This document shows, piece after piece, positions 40,661 to 49,790 of a DNA stretch of 60,942 nt. Numbering within the stretch: the stretch's first letter is position 1; each line of letters opens with the position of its first letter. Under the pieces are notes generated by a model. That model saw only the letters and a program-made list of their open reading frames with translations, made no database searches and was not told where the DNA came from. The translations under genes and the position numbers were made by a program. Source of the DNA: an uncultured Rhodospirillaceae bacterium (GTDB lineage: Bacteria; Pseudomonadota; Alphaproteobacteria; SP197); NCBI GenBank assembly GCA_937880925.1, contig CALGGB010000138.1, positions 1 through 60,942 on the forward strand, read 5' to 3'.

Positions 40661-42019
40661 ATGACCTTCCAAGCCCACAATACGCTTACCCGCCGCAAAG
40701 AACCGCTGGAGCCCACGATCCATCCGGGCAAGGTGGGCTTCTATGTGTGCGGGCCGACGGTCTATGACCTGATCCACATCGGCAACGCCCGGCCGCTCGT
40801 CGTCTTCGACGTGCTGTTCCGCCTGCTGCGCCGCAGCTATGGCGCCGACAATGTCACCTATGTCCGCAACATCACGGACGTCGACGACAAGATCAACGCG
40901 GCGGCAGCCGAACGCGGCATCCCGATCCGGGAACTGACCGAAACCACGGCCCAGCGCTTTCACGAGGACGCGGTGGCCCTGGGCTGCCTTGCGCCCACCC
41001 ACGAGCCGCGCGCCACCGACCACATCCCCGAGATGATCGCCATGATCGAGGCGTTGATTGCCTCGGGCCATGCCTATGCCGCCGACGGCCATGTTCTGTT
41101 CGACGTGCCCTCCTACGAGCGGTACGGCGCCCTTTCGGGCAACAGCCGGGATGAGATCGTTGCCGGTGCCCGTGTCGATGTCGCGCCCTACAAGAAGGAC
41201 GCCGCCGATTTTGTCCTCTGGAAGCCGTCCACCGGCGATCTTCCGGGCTGGGACTCCCCCTGGGGGCATGGCCGTCCGGGCTGGCACCTGGAGTGCTCGG
41301 CCATGAGCAAGCGCTTCCTGGGGCAGACCTTCGACATCCACGGGGGCGGGCGCGATCTGATCTTCCCGCACCACGAGAACGAGATCGCCCAGACCTGCGC
41401 GGCCGACGCCGATGCCGGCTTCGCGCGCATCTGGATGCACAACGGCTATCTGTCAGTGAACGGCGAGAAGATGTCGAAGTCGCTCGGCAACTTCTTCACG
41501 GTGCGCGATCTACTCGAGGAGTTTCCTGGTGAGGCCCTGCGCCTGCTGCTGCTGGGGACCCACTACCGTCAGGCTCTCGACTTCACCAAGGAGCGCCTGA
41601 CCGAGGCCAAGCAGACCCTGGATCGTTTCTACAATGCGCTCTCGAAGGCCCGCGAGCCCGAGGCCGGCGAATTGCCCGAGGAGATCGTCACCGCGCTGGA
41701 GGACGACCTCAACACGCCGCTGGCCATCTCCCACATGCATGCCATGGCCGATGCCGTGTTCCGCGGTGAGGCCGGCGCAGCGGCGTCCCTGCGTGCGGCG
41801 GGCCAGATCATGGGTCTGCTGGGCGCCAGCGGCCAGGACTGGTTCCGCGGCGGTGCGGCCGACGAGGAAGCCGGCGAGATCGAAGGGCTGATCGACGAGC
41901 GTCTCGCAGCGCGCAGGAACAAGGACTTCGCACGTGCCGACCAGATCCGCGATGACCTGAAGGCGCGGGGCATCGAGCTGATGGACGGCCCGGAAGGGAC
42001 GGCCTGGAGGCGCGTGTGA
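40661..42019 (+). CDS. cysS: Cysteine--tRNA ligase
   Basis: 452-aa ORF with YVCGPTVYDLIHIGNARP (HIGH), the Zn-binding Cys context, and KMSKSLGN. Confidence 0.95.
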   Translation: MTFQAHNTLTRRKEPLEPTIHPGKVGFYVCGPTVYDLIHIGNARPLVVFDVLFRLLRRSYGADNVTYVRNITDVDDKINAAAAERGIPIRELTETTAQRFHEDAVALGCLAPTHEPRATDHIPEMIAMIEALIASGHAYAADGHVLFDVPSYERYGALSGNSRDEIVAGARVDVAPYKKDAADFVLWKPSTGDLPGWDSPWGHGRPGWHLECSAMSKRFLGQTFDIHGGGRDLIFPHHENEIAQTCAADADAGFARIWMHNGYLSVNGEKMSKSLGNFFTVRDLLEEFPGEALRLLLLGTHYRQALDFTKERLTEAKQTLDRFYNALSKAREPEAGELPEEIVTALEDDLNTPLAISHMHAMADAVFRGEAGAAASLRAAGQIMGLLGASGQDWFRGGAADEEAGEIEGLIDERLAARRNKDFARADQIRDDLKARGIELMDGPEGTAWRRV

Positions 42020-43608
42020 TGGGCGACCGGGTCTATCTGTTCGATACCACCCTGCGCGACGGCGCCCAGACCCAGGGCGTCGACTTCTCGGTTGCCGAGA
42101 AGGCCGAGATTGCCCATGCCATGGATACCCTGGGCGTGGACTATGTCGAGGGCGGCTGGCCTGGCGCCAACCCGACCGACGACACCTTCTTTGCCAGTGC
42201 ACCCCGGCTTTCGCGCGCGCGTTTCACCGCCTTCGGCATGACCCGCCGGCCGGGCCGGAGTGCCGAGAACGATCCCGGACTCACGGCCGTCCTGGCGGCC
42301 GATGCGCCCGCGGTCTGTCTGGTCGGCAAGGCCTGGGACTTCCACGTCGACGTCGCCCTGGGCATCAGCCGCGACGAAAACATCGCCATGATCGCCGATT
42401 CCATGGCGCTCGCCGTGGCCCGCGGCAAGGAGGCGATGTACGACGCCGAGCACTTCTTTGACGGCTACAAGTCCGATCCGGGCTTTGCGCTGGCCTGTGT
42501 CGAGGCCGCCATTGCCGCGGGCGCGCGCTGGGCGGTGCTCTGCGACACCAACGGCGGCACGCTGCCTTCCGAAGTCGCGCGCATCGTCGAAGCGGTGCAG
42601 AAGAGCGTGCCTGGCGCCAAACTAGGCATCCATGCCCACAACGACACAGGCAATGCCGTCGCCAACAGTCTCGCCGCCGTCGAAGCCGGCGTGCGCCAGG
42701 TCCAGGGCACGCTCAACGGCCTGGGCGAGCGTTGCGGCAACGCCAACCTGATCACGCTCATCCCCTCCCTGAAACTGAAGACGGCGTTCGAAACCGGCAT
42801 ATCCGACGCGGACCTGACCCACGTCACCCGCGCCTCGCGCCTGCTCGATGAGCTGCTGAACCGCGCGCCCGACCGCCACGCGCCCTATGTCGGCGCCTCG
42901 GCCTTCGCCCACAAGGGCGGCCTGCACGTCTCTGCGGTGATGAAGGACCCGCGCACCTACGAGCATGTTCCGCCCGAGAGTGTGGGCAACCGCCGCCACA
43001 TCGTCGTGTCCGACCAGTCGGGCCGCGCCAACGTGCTCGCGCGTCTGGCCGAAGCCGGCATCGTGGTCGATGCCGATCATCCCCGCCTGCCGCGGCTTGT
43101 GGAGGAGGTGAAGACGCAGGAATTCGAGGGTTATGCCTACGACGGCGCCGAGGCGAGTTTCGAACTGCTCGCGCGGCGCACCCTGGGCACCGTTCCCGAG
43201 TATTTCGAGGTCGAGAGCTTCCGAGTCATCGTCGAACGCCGCCACAATGCGCTGGGCAAGCTCATCACGATTTCAGAGGCCACCGTGAAGGTCATCGTCG
43301 ACGGTGAGCGCCTGCTTTCGGTCGCCGAAGGCAACGGCCCGGTCGATGCGCTCAACGCCGCGCTGGGCAAGGATCTGGGCAAGTATTCCGAGTACCTCGC
43401 CGACTGGCGGCTGGTCGACTACAAGGTGCGCATCATCTCGCCCCAGGCCGGCACGGGCGCGGTGACCCGCGTCGTGATCGAGAGCAACGACGACAGCGGC
43501 GTCACCTGGAGCACGGTCGGGGTTTCCACCAACATCATTGATGCCAGCTTCCAGGCGCTGAGCGACGCCCTGATCTACAAGCTGCTGCGCGAGAATGCGC
43601 CGGCCTGA
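42016..43608 (+). CDS. cimA: Citramalate synthase / LeuA-related (R)-citramalate synthase family
   Basis: 530-aa ORF. The N-terminus VYLFDTTLRDGAQTQGVDFSVAEKAEIAHAMDTLGVDYVEGGWPGANPTD and the about 530-aa length match the CimA-type branch of the DRE-TIM isopropylmalate synthase family. The start is GTG 42016 or ATG 42019, overlapping the cysS stop. Confidence 0.8.
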   Translation: MMGDRVYLFDTTLRDGAQTQGVDFSVAEKAEIAHAMDTLGVDYVEGGWPGANPTDDTFFASAPRLSRARFTAFGMTRRPGRSAENDPGLTAVLAADAPAVCLVGKAWDFHVDVALGISRDENIAMIADSMALAVARGKEAMYDAEHFFDGYKSDPGFALACVEAAIAAGARWAVLCDTNGGTLPSEVARIVEAVQKSVPGAKLGIHAHNDTGNAVANSLAAVEAGVRQVQGTLNGLGERCGNANLITLIPSLKLKTAFETGISDADLTHVTRASRLLDELLNRAPDRHAPYVGASAFAHKGGLHVSAVMKDPRTYEHVPPESVGNRRHIVVSDQSGRANVLARLAEAGIVVDADHPRLPRLVEEVKTQEFEGYAYDGAEASFELLARRTLGTVPEYFEVESFRVIVERRHNALGKLITISEATVKVIVDGERLLSVAEGNGPVDALNAALGKDLGKYSEYLADWRLVDYKVRIISPQAGTGAVTRVVIESNDDSGVTWSTVGVSTNIIDASFQALSDALIYKLLRENAPA

Positions 43609-43611
43609 GCG

Positions 43612-44361
43612 ATGAGCGCGCCAGCCGTCATCCTTGTGCGACCCCAGTTGGGTGAGAACATCGGCGCGGCCGCCCGCGCCATGAAGAACTTCGGTCTCTC
43701 CGACATGCGCATCGTCGCGCCGCGCGACGGCTGGCCCAATTCGGCCGCCACCATGATGGCGGTCGGAGCGGTCGACGTGCTCGAAGCCGCCCGTTTCTTC
43801 GATACCACGGCCGAGGCGGTAGCCGACCTGGAGAAGGTCTGGGCGACCACGGCGCGCCGCCGCTACATGCTCAAGCCCGTCCTGACGCCGCGCCGCGCGA
43901 TCGACGACATGCGCGCGGCGGTGGGCGAGGGACACCGGTGCGGCATCCTGTTTGGCCCTGAGCGCACGGGCATGGAGAACGAGGAGATCGCGCTGGCCGA
44001 CGCCATGCTGCGCGTGCCGGCCTCCCCGGGCTTCACCTCCCTGAACCTTGCCCAGGCCGTCCTGCTGATCGGCTACGAATGGTTCCAGCATGAGGCGGAA
44101 CTGCCCGAGGAGGAGATGCGCAAGGGCCGCACGGAGCTCGCAACCAAGGGTGAAGTCGAAGGGTTTTTCGAACATCTCATCGGGGAGCTCGACACCTGCG
44201 GCTTCCTGCGCAACCAGCAGCAACGTCCCAGCATGATCGTCAATTTGCGCAACATCTTCCTGCGCGCCAATCTGCACGAACAGGAGGTGCGCACCCTGCG
44301 TGGCGTCATCACCTGCCTGGTCCATGGCCGCCGCCCGATCCCGGGACGGGAGGAGACGTGA
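43612..44361 (+). CDS. trmJ: SpoU/TrmH-class RNA 2'-O-methyltransferase (TrmJ-like)
   Basis: 249-aa ORF with the blocks VILVRPQLGENIGAAARAMKNFG, ILFGPERTGMENEE and SLNLAQAV, typical of SPOUT methyltransferases. Confidence 0.75.
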   Translation: MSAPAVILVRPQLGENIGAAARAMKNFGLSDMRIVAPRDGWPNSAATMMAVGAVDVLEAARFFDTTAEAVADLEKVWATTARRRYMLKPVLTPRRAIDDMRAAVGEGHRCGILFGPERTGMENEEIALADAMLRVPASPGFTSLNLAQAVLLIGYEWFQHEAELPEEEMRKGRTELATKGEVEGFFEHLIGELDTCGFLRNQQQRPSMIVNLRNIFLRANLHEQEVRTLRGVITCLVHGRRPIPGREET

Positions 44362-45098
44362 ACAACCTGTTGCGTGCCGCCGCCGCGTTGATCCTGCTGC
44401 CGTTCCTGATGGCGGCCACCTGGCTGCAGTTCCCCAGCATCGAGGCAGACGGCACCGAGGGCATGACCGTGACCGGCCTGCTGCGCGTGCCGGAAGGGCA
44501 GGGGCCGTTTCCCGCGGCCGTGCTGCTCTCCGATTGCGACGGCATCTCGCCGCACGAGCGGGTCTGGGGCCAGCGCCTGGCCGACCAGGGTTATGTCATC
44601 TATCTGATCGACAGCTTCTTCACCCGCGGTGTCGAGACGACCTGCGGCGAAACACCCGATGTGCCGGTGATGGACGACCTGCGCGGCGCCATCGCCAGGC
44701 TGAAGACGCTGCCGGAGGTCGATGCCTCACGCATCGCCGTGATCGGCTGGCAGGATGGCGCCGATGTGGCGCTCGCCTGGGCGGCGCAGCCGGGTGGGGG
44801 GCTGGCGGTGGTCTTTTATCCTTCCTGTTCGATGGCGGAACCGCTGGCGCGGTCGACGCTGTTTGTCCTGCCCACCGCCTATGGCGGCTATGAGGCCTGC
44901 AACGCCTTCGTCTTCGGCGAATACGAGGCGGGAAAGACAGTCCAGCGGATTGCGCCCTACGACGTTGGCGCAGGGTTTGATTGCCAGGAGTGCGCGGGAG
45001 TCTATCTGGGCGGGCCGGGAGGCTGGAACGACCCCGCAGACAGCCTGACGACCCGGAACATCCTTGCCGAGATGGAGCGGATGCTGACGCTGCACTGA
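44358..45098 (+). CDS. Secreted dienelactone hydrolase-family alpha/beta hydrolase (probable)
   Basis: 246-aa ORF whose GTG start overlaps the trmJ stop (GTGA). It has an N-terminal signal-like segment LLRAAAALILLPFLMAA and a PAAVLLSDCDGISPHE...GYVIYLIDSF block resembling DLH-family proteins. Confidence 0.6.
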   Translation: MNNLLRAAAALILLPFLMAATWLQFPSIEADGTEGMTVTGLLRVPEGQGPFPAAVLLSDCDGISPHERVWGQRLADQGYVIYLIDSFFTRGVETTCGETPDVPVMDDLRGAIARLKTLPEVDASRIAVIGWQDGADVALAWAAQPGGGLAVVFYPSCSMAEPLARSTLFVLPTAYGGYEACNAFVFGEYEAGKTVQRIAPYDVGAGFDCQECAGVYLGGPGGWNDPADSLTTRNILAEMERMLTLH

Positions 45099-45105
45099 GC
45101 CGTAA

Positions 45106-45510
45106 TCAGGGCTGGTATCCGCCGACGTGCAGGCCAAGCTGGAAGGTCACCCGCATCTGGCCCCAGGTTTCGTAGTCGGCAGGATCGAGAAAGCGGAAGG
45201 GGGTGCTGCGGAACTTGTCGAAGGCCCGCTCCATGGCGTCCACGGCGGCACGCCGCACCGCGGGGTCCGGGGCATTCTCCACCGCCATGATGTCGGCCTC
45301 TTCTATGCGGCCGCTGTCGTCCAGTGAGAGTTCCACCGTGACTGCCACGCCCTCAAGAGATTTGCCTTCCTGGCGGCTGAGATCCATGGCGCTGGCAAGC
45401 TGGCCCGCGAACAGGGTGGGATAGCCAACGTCGGCCCTGCCGGCGCCGCCGCAAGCGGTGGCCGCGACAACCAGGAGGGCGATCGTGCAGAGGCGTTGTA
45501 GGGTGGGCAT
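45106..45510 (-). CDS. Putative lipoprotein (possible TonB-C-like fold)
   Basis: ORF 45106..45540, with the start moved to ATG 45510, which is preceded by AGGAG. It has a signal peptide with lipobox [20 protein letters not shown]. The C-terminal [18 protein letters not shown]...AVDAMERA pattern is reminiscent of TonB C-terminal domains. Confidence 0.5.
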   Translation of the reverse strand: MPTLQRLCTIALLVVAATACGGAGRADVGYPTLFAGQLASAMDLSRQEGKSLEGVAVTVELSLDDSGRIEEADIMAVENAPDPAVRRAAVDAMERAFDKFRSTPFRFLDPADYETWGQMRVTFQLGLHVGGYQP

Positions 45511-45599
45511 GACGGCTCCTGGGACCATTGTTGGGTGCAATCATACCAGAACATTTGCTTCAGAACCCGCGAGGTGCTGCCCCGGGGGCGCAAAGAGGT

Positions 45600-45628
45600 T
45601 TGACAAGGCCGCCCGGCACGACTACAAA
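45600..45628 (+). promoter_or_regulatory. Candidate sigma70-type promoter of rpsD
   Basis: TTGACA (45600..45605), a 17-nt spacer and TACAAA (45623..45628). This gives a leader of about 60 nt that contains the hairpin GCGCC-N8-GGCGC (45631..45648). Confidence 0.4.
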
Positions 45629-45691
45629 CCGCGCCTCTGCAGTGGCGCAAGCCACCGCGGCAACACTGACCTGCACAAAAGCGAAGGCTCG

Positions 45692-46312
45692 ATGACCAAA
45701 CGACTGGCGTCGAAATACAAGATTTGCCGCCGTTACGGCGAAAATCTCTGGGGGCGCCCGAAGCGCTTCCTGACCAACCGTCTGTATGCCCCGGGGCAGC
45801 ATGGCCAGAGCCGCCGGCGCAAGCCGACCGACTTCGGCATTCAGCTCGCGGCAAAGCAGAAGCTGAAGGGCTATTACGGCAACATCAACGAGCGCCAGTT
45901 CCGGCGCACGTATGAGGAAGCCTATTCGGCCCGCGGTGACACAATCGAGAACATGATCGGCCTGCTTGAGCGCCGCCTCGATATCGTCATCTATCGCATG
46001 AAGTTCGTTCCCACGGTCTTCGCTGCGCGTCAGTTCGTCAATCACGGCCACGTCAAGGTCAACGGCAAGCGGGTGACGATCCCCAGCTACCGTGTTTCCG
46101 AAGGCGACGTGATCGAGGTCAAGGAAGCCTCGCGCGAGCTTCCCCTGGTTCTCGAAGCCGTTTCGTCGGCCGAGCGTGAGGTGCCCGAGTACCTCAACGT
46201 CGACTTCGACAAGATGGCGGGCACCTACAACCGCGTGCCGTCCTTCACGGACGTGCCCTATCCGGTTCAGATGGAGCCCAACCTGGTGGTTGAGTTCTAC
46301 TCCAAGGCCTGA
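45692..46312 (+). CDS. rpsD: 30S ribosomal protein S4
   Basis: ORF 45458..46312, with the start moved to ATG 45692. It carries [21 protein letters not shown]..., an S4 RNA-binding domain ([34 protein letters not shown]), and is 206 aa long. Confidence 0.97.
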   Translation: MTKRLASKYKICRRYGENLWGRPKRFLTNRLYAPGQHGQSRRRKPTDFGIQLAAKQKLKGYYGNINERQFRRTYEEAYSARGDTIENMIGLLERRLDIVIYRMKFVPTVFAARQFVNHGHVKVNGKRVTIPSYRVSEGDVIEVKEASRELPLVLEAVSSAEREVPEYLNVDFDKMAGTYNRVPSFTDVPYPVQMEPNLVVEFYSKA

Positions 46313-46328
46313 TCGCCCTACCGCTTAC

Positions 46329-46370
46329 GAAAGAGCCGCGTCCCGCAGGGGATGCGGCTCTTTTCGTTTG
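46329..46370 (+). terminator. Rho-independent terminator after rpsD
   Basis: A 10-bp perfect stem AAAGAGCCGC (46330..46339) / GCGGCTCTTT (46354..46363) is followed by TTCGTTT. It lies 17 nt downstream of the rpsD stop. Confidence 0.8.
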
Positions 46371-46501
46371 AGCTGGGCGATACCGTGTTGCGCGATGTGG
46401 TGCGCCGGCCCGGAGTTCCCCCAAACGCTGATCGCCCCTTGGCCTGATCCCCCATCGACGGTCTATGATCGCGCCCGACATTGCCACAGCGGAGATTTTC
46501 C

Positions 46502-47989
46502 ATGCGCGTCGTCATCGCCATGATGAAGCACGAGACCAACACCTTTTCGCCCGTGCCCACGCCCCTTGCGCGGTTCGCCCGGGGCGGCGACGAGGTGGCG
46601 CGGGGCGATGCCGTGATCGCGAACTTCGCGGGCACCCAGAGCGGCGTTGCCGCCTATATCGACATCTGCCGGCGCGAGGGCTGGGAGATGGTGACACCGA
46701 TCGCTGCATCGGCCTGGCCATCGGGTCCGGTCGAGGATGCCGCCTTCGAGGAGATCTGTTCTGCGATCTGCGATGCGGTTGCAGAGGGTTGCGACGCCAT
46801 CATGCTCGACCTGCACGGCGCCATGGTGACCCAGAGCTTCGAGGACGGCGAGGGCGAGCTGCTGCGCCGCATCCGCGCCATCGCGCCCGATGTGCCCATG
46901 GCGGTGGCGCTGGACATGCACACCAACCTCTATGCCGACATTGTCGACCGGGCGACCGTTCTGGCCGGCTTCATGACCTATCCCCATGTCGACATCTACG
47001 AAACCGCCCAGCGCGCGGGCGAGGCCCTGGTCCGCGCGATCAAGGGCAAGGTCAAGCCCGCCAAGGCCTGGGGCAACCGCCCCATGCTGCCCCACATCAT
47101 GCTCCAGGGCACCACCAGCGGCCCCAACGTCGCGCTGCAGAAGCGCTGCCGCGAGATGGAGGAAAGCGGCGAGGCGCTCTGCGCCACGGTCTTCACCGGC
47201 TTCCCGCACGCCGATATCCGCAACGCCGGGCTTTCAGCGGTGGTCGTCACCGACGGCGATCAGACGAAGGCGCAGGCGCTGACCGATGAACTGCTCGACA
47301 TGGCCTGGAAGGCGCGTGAGGACTTCGTCTACGAGATCGAACCACTGGAGCAATCCATCGAGCGGGCCAAGGCCATTCCCGACGGCCCCGTGATCCTGCT
47401 CGACCATTACGACAATGCCGCTTCGGGCGGCACCATGGATACGATGACCGTGCTGGGGGCCATCCTGCGGGCGGGGCTGGAAAACGCCTGCGCCTTTGCC
47501 ATCCACGACCCCGAGAGTGTGCAGAAGATGATCGCCGCGGGCATCGGCGCGGAGGTGACCGTTGATCTGGGTGGCAAGGCCGATATGCCGGCGCTGAAGC
47601 TCAAAGGAGAGCCCCTGCGCGTCACCGGCCGGGTGCGGCGCATCACCGACGGCCGTTTCCGCAACAAGGGGCCCATGGGCACCGGCGTGCTGATGAACAT
47701 GGGTCCGACCGTGGTGCTCGACACCGGCAAGGTCGAGATCGTCGTCATCTCCACCTACCAGGAACCCAACGACATCAACGCCTTCTATTCCGTCGGCATC
47801 GATCCGTGGCAGAAGCGCTACGTCATGATCAAGAGCCGGGTCCACTGGCGCGCCGGCCTGGGGGAACTCGCCAAACACGTCGTCGATTGCGCCGGCACCG
47901 GTGTCTGCACGTCGGACTACTCCAGCCTGGAGTTCAGGAATGTGCGGCGGCCGATCTACCCGCTCGACCGCATCAACGAGCCGGACTGA
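46502..47989 (+). CDS. M81-family metallopeptidase (MlrC/microcystinase C-like)
   Basis: ORF 46481..47989, with ATG 46502 preferred because GGAG lies 7 nt upstream. The N-terminus MRVVIAMMKHETNTFSP and the HGAMV and HYDNAASGG blocks are typical of MlrC-like (DUF1485 + MlrC_C) proteins. Confidence 0.82.
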   Translation: MRVVIAMMKHETNTFSPVPTPLARFARGGDEVARGDAVIANFAGTQSGVAAYIDICRREGWEMVTPIAASAWPSGPVEDAAFEEICSAICDAVAEGCDAIMLDLHGAMVTQSFEDGEGELLRRIRAIAPDVPMAVALDMHTNLYADIVDRATVLAGFMTYPHVDIYETAQRAGEALVRAIKGKVKPAKAWGNRPMLPHIMLQGTTSGPNVALQKRCREMEESGEALCATVFTGFPHADIRNAGLSAVVVTDGDQTKAQALTDELLDMAWKAREDFVYEIEPLEQSIERAKAIPDGPVILLDHYDNAASGGTMDTMTVLGAILRAGLENACAFAIHDPESVQKMIAAGIGAEVTVDLGGKADMPALKLKGEPLRVTGRVRRITDGRFRNKGPMGTGVLMNMGPTVVLDTGKVEIVVISTYQEPNDINAFYSVGIDPWQKRYVMIKSRVHWRAGLGELAKHVVDCAGTGVCTSDYSSLEFRNVRRPIYPLDRINEPD

Positions 47990-48216
47990 TGGCCGCGCCG
48001 GAAGGCCCCAGGCCGGGCCGCTACCGCCACTACAAGGGCAATGAGTACGAGGTGGTGGGCACAGCCCGCCACAGCGAGACCGAGGAGCCCCTGGTGGTCT
48101 ATCGCACGCTCTACGGCGAGTTCTCGCTCTGGGTGCGCCCGCTGGCGATGTTCATGGAGACGGTGGAGATCGAGGGGCGAACGGTGCCCCGTTTCGCCGC
48201 CGTGGAGAACAATTAG
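47989..48216 (+). CDS. DUF1653-family small protein
   Basis: ORF 47806..48216, with the start moved to ATG 47989, which overlaps the upstream TGA. YRHYKGNEYEVVGTARHSETEEPLVVYRTLYGEFSLWVRPLAMF matches the DUF1653 pattern as I recall it. Confidence 0.7.
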   Translation: MAAPEGPRPGRYRHYKGNEYEVVGTARHSETEEPLVVYRTLYGEFSLWVRPLAMFMETVEIEGRTVPRFAAVENN

Positions 48217-48292
48217 GCGTCATCGGGCAACACCGGGCCGGGTGTGACGTTCGCTGGAGTAAGGGGGCGCAACAAACGAAAGGAACCTGTCG

Positions 48293-48814
48293 ATGACCCG
48301 TTTTCGCACCGCTCCCTTGCTTGCCGGCCTGCTGGCCGCGGGCCTTGCCCTTCCGGCTCTTGCCGACAGCAGCGCACAGATGCACGCTGTCTCGACCGAT
48401 GGCGTCGGCGACAGCGTGGGTGCCATCACCTTTGAGGACAGCGACTACGGCCTGCTGATCCATCCGGCGCTGCAAGGCCTGGAGCCCGGCCTCCACGGCC
48501 TCCATGTCCACCAGAACCCGGATTGCGGCCCGGCCGCCAACGATGCCGGCGAGACCAGCGCGGCGGGAGCTGCCGGCGGTCACTACGATCCCGATGACAC
48601 AGGCGTACACGAGGGCCCCTATGGCGCGGGTCATCTGGGCGACCTGCCGAACCTCGTGGTGGCCGATGACGGCAGCGCGGACCTCGTTCTCCTGGCGCCA
48701 CGCGTCACCGTGGCCGATCTCGCCGGCCGCGCCATCATGATCCACAGCGGCGCCGACGATTACTCCGACGCCCATCCCGGCGGCAGCCGCGCCTATTGCG
48801 GTGTGGTGGAGTAG
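48293..48814 (+). CDS. sodC: Periplasmic Cu/Zn superoxide dismutase
   Basis: 173-aa ORF preceded by AAGGAA. It has the signal peptide LLAGLLAAGLALPALA and the metal-ligand blocks GLHGLHVHQNPDC, GGHYDP, HLGDLPNL and IMIHSGADD. Confidence 0.9.
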   Translation: MTRFRTAPLLAGLLAAGLALPALADSSAQMHAVSTDGVGDSVGAITFEDSDYGLLIHPALQGLEPGLHGLHVHQNPDCGPAANDAGETSAAGAAGGHYDPDDTGVHEGPYGAGHLGDLPNLVVADDGSADLVLLAPRVTVADLAGRAIMIHSGADDYSDAHPGGSRAYCGVVE

Positions 48815-48832
48815 AGGCGCCAGAACTCCATT

Positions 48833-48868
48833 GTCATTCTCCGGCCTGACCGGCAAATCCATGCTGTG
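48833..48868. repeat. Solo arm of the GTCA...CCATGCTGTG repeat family (same family as 53175..53294)
   Basis: GTCATTCTCCGGCCTGACCGGCAAATCCATGCTGTG matches the left arm at 53175..53210 at 29 of 36 positions (hand alignment). No inverted partner lies nearby. Confidence 0.6.
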
Positions 48869-48894
48869 ACCCGGCCTGGTGATCCGCTCTATAT

Positions 48895-49030
48895 CTCCTC
48901 ATGCCAGCGAAGGCTGGCATCCAGAAGCACTGACGCAGAGTTAAAGCCGTGAGCCTTGCGGACCGCAGTCGCTGCGTCCTGGCACGACCTGTTTGTGCGT
49001 CTGGATGCCAGCCTTCGCTGGCATGAGGAG
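48895..49030. repeat. 136-bp palindromic (MITE/REP-like) element with perfect 31-bp terminal inverted repeats
   Basis: CTCCTCATGCCAGCGAAGGCTGGCATCCAGA (48895..48925) is the exact reverse complement of 49000..49030. Each arm contains its own hairpin, ATGCCAGC-GAAG-GCTGGCAT. The 74-bp core has the further inverted repeat GACGCAG (48932..48938) / CTGCGTC (48972..48978). Confidence 0.75.
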
Positions 49031-49072
49031 GGGAGAGAGGCAGACGAGGACCGGAGCCGCGAGGTCGTTGCC

Positions 49073-49417
49073 TCAGTCGAACGCCGAGAGCACCAGGTCG
49101 AGTTTCTCGCCCAGCCACAGGGCATTGTCCCTGTGGTCCTCCAGGTCGTTGCCGCTCTCGGGATGGATCAGCATGGAGAGGCCGTGATGATTCATCATCA
49201 GCCAGGGCACGATCTTCGGGAATTCGGCCGGCATCAGGCTTACCTGGAACATCGCCTTGGGATGCGGCCCGACGGGCTTGTCCCAGACACGGCCGAGTAT
49301 GACCTCGAAGCGCTGCCCGATCTCCTCGCGCAGCGCCACGGCGGTCTCCCGCTCATCGGGGCCGAAATAGACGTGGACGTGGTAGTCGACGATCTTCTCG
49401 GCCGGGACGGTCTCCAT
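49073..49417 (-). CDS. DOPA 4,5-dioxygenase-family protein (small, about 114 aa)
   Basis: ORF 49073..49672, with the start moved to ATG 49417, 5 nt after the grxD stop. The DYHVHVYFGPDE...VGPHPKAMFQV pattern is typical of the DOPA_dioxygen family. Confidence 0.7.
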   Translation of the reverse strand: METVPAEKIVDYHVHVYFGPDERETAVALREEIGQRFEVILGRVWDKPVGPHPKAMFQVSLMPAEFPKIVPWLMMNHHGLSMLIHPESGNDLEDHRDNALWLGEKLDLVLSAFD

Positions 49418-49422
49418 GACCG

Positions 49423-49767
49423 TCAGGCCGCGGGGTCGAGCTCGATGCCCTTTTCGGCCAGCAGTGCGGAGAGTTCGCCGGTGGTGAACATCTCCTTCAG
49501 GATGTCGCAGCCGCCCACGAACTCGCCCTTGACGTAAAGCTGGGGGATCGTCGGCCAGTCGCTGTAGGCCTTGATGCCCTCGCGCACGGCGGGGTCTTCC
49601 AGCACGTTGATGCCTTTGAAGCGGACACCCAGGTGGCTGAGAATCTGCACCGAAGCGGCCGAGAAGCCGCACATGGGGAACACGGGCGTGCCCTTCATGA
49701 ACAGCACGACGGGGTTGTCGGTGACTTCCTTGGTGATGCGCTGGCTGGTGGCGTCGTCGAGGGCCAT
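49423..49767 (-). CDS. grxD: Monothiol glutaredoxin (Grx4/GrxD type)
   Basis: 114-aa ORF preceded by AGGAGA, with the CGFS active site in [16 protein letters not shown] and [19 protein letters not shown]. Confidence 0.93.
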   Translation of the reverse strand: MALDDATSQRITKEVTDNPVVLFMKGTPVFPMCGFSAASVQILSHLGVRFKGINVLEDPAVREGIKAYSDWPTIPQLYVKGEFVGGCDILKEMFTTGELSALLAEKGIELDPAA

Positions 49768-49790
49768 GGTGGTCTCCTGCGTAAAGGTGT

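Noticed and set aside
48834-49125. ORFs of 78-94 aa on the minus strand and 64 aa on the plus strand in the sodC downstream region, and the 68-aa ORF 52265..52471.
   Set aside because: They are read through the palindromic and REP-like repeats (pseudo-peptides such as MPAFAGMRR and PLVGGRE) and lack ribosome-binding sites, so they are artefacts of repeat sequence.
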